Positions 56,519 through 64,000 of a stretch of DNA of 64,000 bases are shown here, one piece after another (position 1 is the first letter of the stretch; every line of letters starts with the position of its first letter). The position numbers and the translations under genes are program-made. The stretch spans positions 1 through 64,000 of the forward strand of contig JANNWY010000083.1 in the NCBI GenBank assembly GCA_031409335.1, given 5' to 3'. The stretch comes from Chthoniobacteraceae bacterium. Lineage in GTDB: Bacteria; Verrucomicrobiota; Verrucomicrobiia; Chthoniobacterales; Chthoniobacteraceae. Under the pieces are notes generated by a model. It saw nothing but the letters and a program-made list of their open reading frames with translations, did no database searches and was not told the origin of the DNA.

Positions 56519-58177
56519 ATGTCACCTACAGGCAAAGCACCTTCCGGCACCGCTTCTTCGGAGGCTGAGGGCGGGCGTGTCGAGGAGGCAACGGCGGAGC
56601 ACGATGAGCGGATGAATCTGGCCCTCGCCTCCGCGGGCATCGGCACTTGGAATTGGAAGATGCCCTCCAATGCGGTCTCCTGGGATGCGCGGATGCACGA
56701 CCTCTTCGGTCTGAAGCATGGGACTTTTGCGGGAACCTTTAAGGGTTTCGCCGAGCTGCTGCATCCCGACGATCGTGAGCGCGTCCAGGGCGCGGTGACG
56801 CGAGCGGTGGATGACGGTGCGAGTTTCGACACGGAGTATCGCGTGGTGTGGCCGGACGACGGCGGCATTCACATGGTGCGCGCGCGGGGCAAAGTCTATC
56901 GCGACGAAAAGGGTGAGGCTGTCCACATGACCGGCGCTTGCTGGGACATCACCGAGCGCTGGCGGTCGGACGAAGCACTGCGGGAGAGTGAGCAACGTTA
57001 CGGGCGGCTGCTGGATTCGGTGACGGACTACGTTTACACCGTCAGGATGCGCGAAGACCGCGTGACCTCGACTTCGCACGGCGCGGGGTGCATGGCGGTC
57101 ACGGGATATTCGCCGGAGGAATTTCAAGCGGACTCGTGGCTGTGGCACCGGATCATTCATCAGGACGATCGCGATGCGGTGGTCGGCAACATTGCGCGGA
57201 TGATCCGTGAGCGCGCGCCGATCACGATGGAGCACCGGCTCATCCGGCGCGATGGCGGCGTGCGGTGGGTGCGCAACAAACAAGTGCCGCGCTACGATTC
57301 CGAAGGGTGCCTCGTGTCCTACGACGGATTGGTTTCGGACATCACTGAGCGAAAGCTGGCGGAGGAAAAAGTGCGCACGGTGCTGGAGGATCTCACGAGA
57401 TCACACGAGGAATTGAAGGCGGCGCAGATGCAATTGATCCAGGCCGAGAAACTGCAATCCGTCGGCAGACTCGCGGCAGGCGTCGCGCACGAGGTAAAGA
57501 ATCCGCTGGCGACTTTGCAGATGGGAATCCAATGCCTGCGCGATCTCGATGTCGCGAAGGATGAGACGGGTGCGATGGTGCTCGGCGAAATGGATGAAGC
57601 CGTGCGCCGGGCAGCCGTCGTGGTGAGCGATCTGCTCGACCTCTCCTCGCCAAAGGAACTCGGGATGCGCGAGGCGCAGATCAATCCGCTGATCGAGAAA
57701 TCGCTCCGCTTTGTGAAGCACGACATCCTGCTGCAAAAGATCAACGTCATCACACAACTCGCGGCGGACGTGCCGCCCTGCCTCGTCGATGCGGACAAAA
57801 TCGAGCAGGTGCTCATCAATCTTTTTACCAACGCGTGCGACGCGATGCCCGAACATGGCACGCTGACCGTCACCAGCGCGGCCCGGACGCTGCGGGCGGA
57901 TGAAGTGGCTTTCGAGGAAGGCGACCGCGGCGGCGTCCGGTTTCGCGATGGCGAGCGAGTGGTGGCGATCGAGGTGCGCGATACCGGCTCGGGAATTCCC
58001 GAGGCAAAGCTCGGGCACATCTTCGACCCATTTTTCACAACGAAAGCAACCGGACAGGGCACCGGCCTCGGCTTGTCGGTGGCGCGGCAGATCATCGAAT
58101 TGCACAAGGGCCGGATCAGCGTCGCGAATGCGCCGGGCGGCGGCGCGGTCGCGACGATCGTCTTGAAGTGCGTGTGA
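56519..58177 (+). CDS. Cytoplasmic PAS-PAS sensor histidine kinase (NtrB-like)
   Basis: Two PAS/PAC units (HPDDR, DITER); AGVAHEVKNPL; EQVLINLFTNA; DTGSGI; FDPFFTTK; GTGLGL. Confidence 0.92.
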   Translation: MSPTGKAPSGTASSEAEGGRVEEATAEHDERMNLALASAGIGTWNWKMPSNAVSWDARMHDLFGLKHGTFAGTFKGFAELLHPDDRERVQGAVTRAVDDGASFDTEYRVVWPDDGGIHMVRARGKVYRDEKGEAVHMTGACWDITERWRSDEALRESEQRYGRLLDSVTDYVYTVRMREDRVTSTSHGAGCMAVTGYSPEEFQADSWLWHRIIHQDDRDAVVGNIARMIRERAPITMEHRLIRRDGGVRWVRNKQVPRYDSEGCLVSYDGLVSDITERKLAEEKVRTVLEDLTRSHEELKAAQMQLIQAEKLQSVGRLAAGVAHEVKNPLATLQMGIQCLRDLDVAKDETGAMVLGEMDEAVRRAAVVVSDLLDLSSPKELGMREAQINPLIEKSLRFVKHDILLQKINVITQLAADVPPCLVDADKIEQVLINLFTNACDAMPEHGTLTVTSAARTLRADEVAFEEGDRGGVRFRDGERVVAIEVRDTGSGIPEAKLGHIFDPFFTTKATGQGTGLGLSVARQIIELHKGRISVANAPGGGAVATIVLKCV

Positions 58178-58200
58178 TCAGTGCCGTTTGCGCAGCGCGC

Positions 58201-59757
58201 TCATTGCCGCGCCATCACCCGGTAGAAATACGCGGTCGCGCTCGCCGACGGATCCGTCAATGAAACCATGGCGCCTTCATCCACCAGCGTCGCCCCGCTG
58301 ACTGGCAGCCACGTGCCGTAGTTCAGCACCGATGAACGGAACAGCGTGTAAGTCGCACCCGCGGCCTTGTTCACGCGAACGGTGAATTGCGTTCCGTTCA
58401 GCGCAGTGCCTTGCACGACCGGCGTCGCGAGCGTTGTCTGGAATTTTCCCAGCTCGATTTTCAAACCGTAGTAGCTCCCATGCGCTGCCGCAGTGAGCGT
58501 GCTGGAAAGCAGATTGCTCGTTTCGTTCACGTCTGTGCTGAACTGGTACAACTCCTCACGGCCATCGAGGAACTGGATGAGCTTGAAGCCACTCCCATCG
58601 CGCAGCGTCCTGCCCGATTCTCCCACTTGGATCGAGTCGCCGAATCCCTCGCTGAATGCAAAGCGCGCGGGGTCGTCCTTGTTTTGCAGAATGGGCAGGA
58701 TGCTGTGCGAGTCGATCGGGTTCGCGGCTGGTTGCGTCACGCTCACATTGATCCCGGCGAGTTCGAGAATCGTCGCGTAGAGATCCACGCAATGCACCAG
58801 CGCGCTGCTGTCGCGATTCGGGTTCACGACCGCGGGTCCGGCGATGATCATCGGCACGCGCGTGCCGCCTTCATACAGCGTGTCCTTCGCATGCGCCGCG
58901 GTGTAAGGCGTCTGCACGATCTGCGGCGGCGTGCCATTGTCTCCGATGAAAATGATGTGCGTCTTCTGGCGATCCACCGCCGCGAGCAGTCGCCCGACTT
59001 CCCTGTCCATCGCTTCCGCCGCTGCCTCGAACTTCTGCCGGTTCGTCAGCGCGCCGCTGCCATAAGTGTGCAGGCTCGCGGGCGGAGTGTGAAACGGGGT
59101 GTGCGGCGCATTCAAGCCGACCCATGCGAACCACGGCGACGCGCCGCGCGACTGAATCCACGCGACCGCATCGTTCACGGTCTCGGTCGTCGCGTAGGTC
59201 GTGCTCGTGCTCGTCGTGGGGACGTTGTTAATCGGGCCGACGGTCACTTTCGACCAGTTCGAGTAATCCGTCAGCGCGCCACCGATCGAGCCCGCGAAGT
59301 ATGTCCAGCCACCCATCGTCCGCGGCGTGTTGTTGCTGCCGGGGCCGGAATTGAGATGCCACTTTCCAAAAGACGCGAGCTGGTAGCCGAGTGATGCGTT
59401 CGCCGCGAATGCCTCGGGCAGCGTGAACTCCGCAGCCTGAAGCTCCGGGTCCGTCGCACCAACAATCGCCTCGCCTATCCCGGTGCGAAAAGGATGTCGT
59501 CCGGTCAGCATCGCGGCACGCGAAGGCGAGCACGTCGGGTGCGCGCAGGCATTGCGAAACAGGATTCCGCCGGCCCTCAGCGCAGTGATGTTCGGCATCG
59601 GCGGCAGGCTCGCTCCCGCGCTCGCGGTGAGGGGAAAACTGTCCGCGCCGAGATCGTCGGCGATGATGAGCAGGATGTTGTCCGCGCCATGGGCCGGCGC
59701 AAGCAGCGGGAGAACGAGCGCGGCGATTGTGAATGGGAGGAAACATGTGAACTTCAT
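58201..59757 (-). CDS. Secreted Cys-type sulfatase with extra C-terminal domain
   Basis: NILLIIADDLG, CSPSRAAMLTG, FGKWHL, APHTPFH, GDNG, YEGGTRVP. Confidence 0.92.
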   Translation of the reverse strand: MKFTCFLPFTIAALVLPLLAPAHGADNILLIIADDLGADSFPLTASAGASLPPMPNITALRAGGILFRNACAHPTCSPSRAAMLTGRHPFRTGIGEAIVGATDPELQAAEFTLPEAFAANASLGYQLASFGKWHLNSGPGSNNTPRTMGGWTYFAGSIGGALTDYSNWSKVTVGPINNVPTTSTSTTYATTETVNDAVAWIQSRGASPWFAWVGLNAPHTPFHTPPASLHTYGSGALTNRQKFEAAAEAMDREVGRLLAAVDRQKTHIIFIGDNGTPPQIVQTPYTAAHAKDTLYEGGTRVPMIIAGPAVVNPNRDSSALVHCVDLYATILELAGINVSVTQPAANPIDSHSILPILQNKDDPARFAFSEGFGDSIQVGESGRTLRDGSGFKLIQFLDGREELYQFSTDVNETSNLLSSTLTAAAHGSYYGLKIELGKFQTTLATPVVQGTALNGTQFTVRVNKAAGATYTLFRSSVLNYGTWLPVSGATLVDEGAMVSLTDPSASATAYFYRVMARQ

Positions 59758-59857
59758 TTTGGACAATGAACCCGGCGCGGATAAACGCCGGCGATTCATC
59801 CACATAAAACTCCGTTTATCTGCTCCCGTTGCGATCCACTTTCGTTAGCTTCGCGCC

Positions 59858-60529
59858 GTGCGAATCCTCCTCGTCGAAGACCAAGCCAAGCTCCGCGCCT
59901 TTGCCAAAAAGGGGCTCGAGGAACTCGGCATTTCCGTCGATGCGGTCGGCGATGGCGACGAGGCATTTCGCCGCGCGACCGAGACGCCATACGATGCGCT
60001 CGTGCTCGACATCATGCTGCCCGGGCGCGACGGCCTCAGCATCCTGCGCGGCCTGCGCGAGCGGCGGAATACCGTGCCCATCATCCTGCTCACCGCGCGC
60101 GCGACTTTGCCGGAGAAACTCGAAGGCCTGAATCTCGGCGCGGACGATTACCTCACGAAGCCGTTCTTCGTCGAGGAACTCGCCGCGCGCCTGCGCACCA
60201 TCGTTCGCAGAAAGGCGGGCGAGCCTTCGCACCTGCTGCGCGTGGCGGATCTCGCGATGGATTTACTGACGCGAAAAGTCACGCGCGACGCCGGGGAAAT
60301 CGTGCTCACGACGCGCGAGTTCGAGCTGCTGGAATTCCTCATGCGATCGCCGGGCCGCGTGTTTGGTCGCGTGCAAATCTACGAACACGTCTGGGGCTAC
60401 GACATGGATTTGGAGAGCAATCTTGTGGAAGTCTATGTGCAGCGGCTGCGCGCCAAGATCGACAAGGATCGCGAGCCGAAGCTGCTGCGCACCGTGCGCA
60501 ATGCCGGCTACGTGCTCGCCGAGAAATGA
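59858..60529 (+). CDS. OmpR-family response regulator (CusR/CzcR-like)
   Basis: RILLVED, LDIMLPGRDG, GADDYLTKPF, winged helix NLVEVYVQRLRAKID. Confidence 0.93.
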   Translation: MRILLVEDQAKLRAFAKKGLEELGISVDAVGDGDEAFRRATETPYDALVLDIMLPGRDGLSILRGLRERRNTVPIILLTARATLPEKLEGLNLGADDYLTKPFFVEELAARLRTIVRRKAGEPSHLLRVADLAMDLLTRKVTRDAGEIVLTTREFELLEFLMRSPGRVFGRVQIYEHVWGYDMDLESNLVEVYVQRLRAKIDKDREPKLLRTVRNAGYVLAEK

Positions 60530-62070
60530 GCGCGCGGCACAGCTTCCGCGCCCGGCTCGCCGTGCAAACCATGCTCGTCGCCGGCGTGGTGCTCGCCGCA
60601 TTTGGCGCGGCCTCGTGGTGGTACGCGCGACAGCAACTCGCGCGTGATCTGGATTTGCGGATCACGGAATCCGCGCGCCGCATGTGGCCCCGATTCACGC
60701 CGCGCACGACGCCCGCCGATTTCGCCGAAGCCGTGCAGGGCGCAAACATCGCCGTGATCGTGCATGCGAACGGCGAAAATGGCCGGCAGCTTTTTGCAAG
60801 CAACGCAGCCTTCGCAAAAGTCGCTCAGCCATTTCTGGACCGCCTGCCGAACCGGGCCGCGGTGGACGCGGCGGTCGAGGATCTCGAAAAACGCGGCTTG
60901 CGTCCGCCAGGGCGCGACCGCCCCCCGGACCGGGACAGCCCGCCCGACCGCGAAGGCTCGCCGGGTCGGCAACCGCCACCAGGTCGCGGACCCAATGCAG
61001 CCTTCCGCTTGCAAGGAATGCCGGAGATTCGCGAGCCCCTATTTTTCACCGTCGCCGCTGCCGATGGCGACTGGCGTTTCGGCGCGTTCAGCAATCCGCA
61101 CTACACCGTTTTCACCGGCAGCTCGCTTCGCGATTTCCACGCAGACGTGCATCGCGCCGCGTGGTGGTACGCCGCCGCGGGCGCTCTGGGCCTGGCTCTC
61201 GCGGGCATCGGCGCGTGGTGGACTTCGCGTCGCGCGATGCGTCCGCTGGATCGCATCGTCGCCACCGCGCAGCATCTCACCGCGACTGATCTCGACCGCC
61301 GCATCCCATCCGGCCCGCGCGATGACCGCGAATTTTCCCAACTCATCGCCGTGCTCAACGGCATGATGGACCGCCTGCAAACCAGCTTCCAGCAAGCCGC
61401 GCGGTTCACCGCCGACGCTTCGCACGAGCTGAAAACGCCGCTCTCCGTAATGCAAGTCACCCTCCACGACGCGCTCCGCCGCACCGACTCCGGCAGCACC
61501 GAACACGCCGAACTCGAATCCCTCGCCCGCGAATGCGCGCGGCTGAAAAGCATCACCCACAGCCTGCTCCTGCTCTCGCAAGCCGACGCCGGAAAACTCC
61601 CGCTCACACGCGAACGCTACGATCTCAGCGCCGATCTTGCACGCCTCGTGGAAGACGCGGACGCCATCTGCGAGCAAGCCGGTCTGCATTGCGAACACGA
61701 CATCGCACCCGGCCTTCACATCGACGCCGACCGCGGGCTGATGCGCCACGTTTTCCAAAACCTCCTGAGCAACGCCGTGAAATACAACCGCCCCGGCGGC
61801 CTGGTGAAAATCGCGCTCGCGGCCAGAGACGGCCACGCCGAATTCACCATCGCCAACACCGGCCCCGGCATCCCAGCCAAGGCACAGCCGCGACTTTTCG
61901 AGCGCTTCTTCCGCGCCGATGCCGCCCGCACCAGCGAAGGCGCGGGACTCGGGCTCAACATCGCCTACGAACTCGCCCGCGCGAACGACGCCGAATTGCG
62001 CCTCGTCGAAGCCGTCGAAGACTGCACCCGCCTCGAAGTGAAAATGGTCCGCTCGGCGGCGCCAAAGTAA
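60526..62070 (+). CDS. Membrane sensor histidine kinase with HAMP domain (CusS/CzcS-like core)
   Basis: Two TM; FTADASHELKTPL; NLLSNAVKYN; NTGPGI; FERFFRAD; GLGLNI. Confidence 0.92.
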   Translation: MSARHSFRARLAVQTMLVAGVVLAAFGAASWWYARQQLARDLDLRITESARRMWPRFTPRTTPADFAEAVQGANIAVIVHANGENGRQLFASNAAFAKVAQPFLDRLPNRAAVDAAVEDLEKRGLRPPGRDRPPDRDSPPDREGSPGRQPPPGRGPNAAFRLQGMPEIREPLFFTVAAADGDWRFGAFSNPHYTVFTGSSLRDFHADVHRAAWWYAAAGALGLALAGIGAWWTSRRAMRPLDRIVATAQHLTATDLDRRIPSGPRDDREFSQLIAVLNGMMDRLQTSFQQAARFTADASHELKTPLSVMQVTLHDALRRTDSGSTEHAELESLARECARLKSITHSLLLLSQADAGKLPLTRERYDLSADLARLVEDADAICEQAGLHCEHDIAPGLHIDADRGLMRHVFQNLLSNAVKYNRPGGLVKIALAARDGHAEFTIANTGPGIPAKAQPRLFERFFRADAARTSEGAGLGLNIAYELARANDAELRLVEAVEDCTRLEVKMVRSAAPK

Positions 62071-62154
62071 TGTGGGAGCGAGCGATGCGGCACCGCCTCT
62101 GTTTTCCATTTGCAATGGCTTGGCGCGCGGAGGGGCACCACCCGCCATCCGTCC

Positions 62155-64000
62155 CTACGCCTCCACGGGATCGAGTTCCAGCTCCGGCATTTCCTTCTCG
62201 GTCACATCGGATGCCTTCGGCTGGTCTTGTTCGAGGGCGATGAGCATGTAAATGGCGGGCAGGACAAAGAGTGTAAATAGGGTGCCGATGATCATTCCCG
62301 AAACGAGGACGATGCCGATGCTATTGCGCGCGCCGGCTCCGGGGCCGCTGGCTAGCACCAGCGGAAAATGTCCGGCAACGGTGGCTACCGATGTCATCAA
62401 GATCGGGCGGAGGCGGGTGCCCGCGGCGTCCGTCACTGCCTTCAGTTTGCTCATTCCCGATTCCTGCAGGGAGTTGGCAAACTCGACGATGAGGATGCCA
62501 TTCTTTGCCACCAAACCCACCAGGGTAATGAGGCCGACCTGGCTGTAGATATTCAGGGTGGTGAATCCCAGGAAACTGAACAGCAGCGCACCGGAGAGCG
62601 CGAGCGGCACGGAGCCGAGCAGGATCACGAACGGATCGCGGAAACTCTCAAATTGCGCGGCCAGCACGAGGAAGATCAGGATAAATGAAATGATGAGGGT
62701 CGCGGTCAGCTTGTTACCTTCCAGCCGGAGCTGACGGGCCTCGCCTGCATAGTCCACTGAAACGCCGCGTGGCAGAATATTCGCTGCCTCGTCTTCCAGT
62801 GCCTTGAGCGCCTGATTGAGGGTGATGTGCGGCGGGACCGCGCCTTGGATTTTCGCGGAGTTCAGTTGCTGGAAACGATTGAGTGTTCGTGGCTGCGCGG
62901 AGTCGTTCAACGTCGCAAAAGTAGAGAGCTGCACGAGTTTCCCGCCGGGGCCGGTAACGTAGAAATCCTTGAGCTGATCGGGGTTCAGCCGCTCGCCACG
63001 CTTTACCTGTGGGATGACTTTGTAGCTGCGTCCCTGCATGCTGAAACGGTTGACGTAGTTTCCGCCGAGCATGGTGCCCAGGTCCGCTCCCACCTGTTGC
63101 AGGTTGAGACCGAGGGAAGCCACTTTATCCCGATCAAACACGATCTCGGTCTGCGGCATGTCGTATTTCAAGTCGGTATCCGCAAACACAAAAAGGCCGC
63201 TCTGAATGGCTTTGGCGACCAGCTTGTTTGCCAGTTCCAGCAGCTCCGCCGGTTCAGCAGTGGAGGCGATGACAAACTCCACCGGAAACTGTCCGCCGCC
63301 AGGGAGTGGCGCGGGTGTGGTGGCGATGACGCGGACGCCAGGGACCGCACCCAATTTTCCGAAAGCCTCCGGAAGAATCTGCTCCGGCGACCGCTTGCGC
63401 TCGCTCCATGGCTTTAGACCCATGCCGGAAAATCCGGTGAACGCCTGGGTAAGCTGGAAGGTATGCCTCGTCTCGGGGAATGATTGGAAAACTTCGTTTA
63501 CTTTTTCGGTGTAAAGCGTGGTCTGCTCGATCGTGGAGTTCGGTGCTGCCTGCACGATTCCGAGGATCACGCCTTGATCCTCTTTCGGTGCAAGTTCGCT
63601 TGGCGTGAAAAGGAAGAAGGGCACACCCATTAAGATCACCAATGCGGCAAGAGTGAGGGTGACTGGACGCCAGCGAAGGGTGTTGGAAAGCGTCGTGACA
63701 TACGCATTCCGCAGGCGATCGAAACGGCGATTGACGAAACCGGCGAAGCCTTTGTGCGAATCGCCCTGCCGCAGCAGCTTGGAACTCATCATCGGCGAAA
63801 GCGTGAGGGCGACGACACCGGAAACCACCACCGCACCCGCGAGCGTGAAGGCAAACTCCCGGAAGAGTGTTCCGGTCAAGCCGCCTTGGACTCCGATCGG
63901 CGCATAGACCGCCGCCAGGGTGATCGTCATCGCGATGATGGGTCCGACGAGTTCGCGCGCACCTTTCATGGCGGCGGCAAATGGGGAGAGACCTTCGTGA
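62155..64000 (-). CDS. RND efflux transporter permease (AcrB/MexW/MexI-like), 5'-truncated by window edge
   Basis: ALTLSPMM, LAAQFESFRDP, GLVAKNGILIVEFAN, RLRPILMT; frame open to the window end. Confidence 0.93.
   Translation of the reverse strand, partial: HEGLSPFAAAMKGARELVGPIIAMTITLAAVYAPIGVQGGLTGTLFREFAFTLAGAVVVSGVVALTLSPMMSSKLLRQGDSHKGFAGFVNRRFDRLRNAYVTTLSNTLRWRPVTLTLAALVILMGVPFFLFTPSELAPKEDQGVILGIVQAAPNSTIEQTTLYTEKVNEVFQSFPETRHTFQLTQAFTGFSGMGLKPWSERKRSPEQILPEAFGKLGAVPGVRVIATTPAPLPGGGQFPVEFVIASTAEPAELLELANKLVAKAIQSGLFVFADTDLKYDMPQTEIVFDRDKVASLGLNLQQVGADLGTMLGGNYVNRFSMQGRSYKVIPQVKRGERLNPDQLKDFYVTGPGGKLVQLSTFATLNDSAQPRTLNRFQQLNSAKIQGAVPPHITLNQALKALEDEAANILPRGVSVDYAGEARQLRLEGNKLTATLIISFILIFLVLAAQFESFRDPFVILLGSVPLALSGALLFSFLGFTTLNIYSQVGLITLVGLVAKNGILIVEFANSLQESGMSKLKAVTDAAGTRLRPILMTSVATVAGHFPLVLASGPGAGARNSIGIVLVSGMIIGTLFTLFVLPAIYMLIALEQDQPKASDVTEKEMPELELDPVEA

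Noticed and set aside
62071..62154. Possible REP or terminator between the kinase and RND genes
   Set aside because: Only weak, inconsistent complementarity

Overview
High-GC bacterial chromosomal segment. The gene repertoire (PEP-CTERM/autotransporter-repeat protein, PTPDL-like, BatA/vWA, ELWxxDGT, Ser/Thr kinase-FGE fusion, Uma2) points to Verrucomicrobiota, probably Chthoniobacterales-like (inference). It holds about 50 CDS: core genes (bioB, holB, secA, ptsH, ribF, kbl, hisB/H/A), an isolated gspD-gspE pair, an asnB-glycosyltransferase surface-polysaccharide operon behind a sigma54-type motif, a PIN toxin-antitoxin pair inside the his operon, a split larC, many large secreted proteins, two-component genes and a partial RND pump. 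There are two tRNAs (Ala-CGC, Leu-GAG) and several families of small intergenic palindromes. No CRISPR array, integrase or transposase was seen. Most notable: (1) a PEP-CTERM sorting signal in the middle of an ORF, reading in frame into a second signal peptide and a TPR protein (possible two-product polyprotein); (2) a shared ~70-aa C-terminal domain on three unrelated secreted proteins (candidate lineage-specific sorting signal); (3) larC split by one in-frame TAG; (4) a GTAG REP doublet supplying the stop codons of two convergent genes. All family calls come from motif recognition by eye; no database searches were run.
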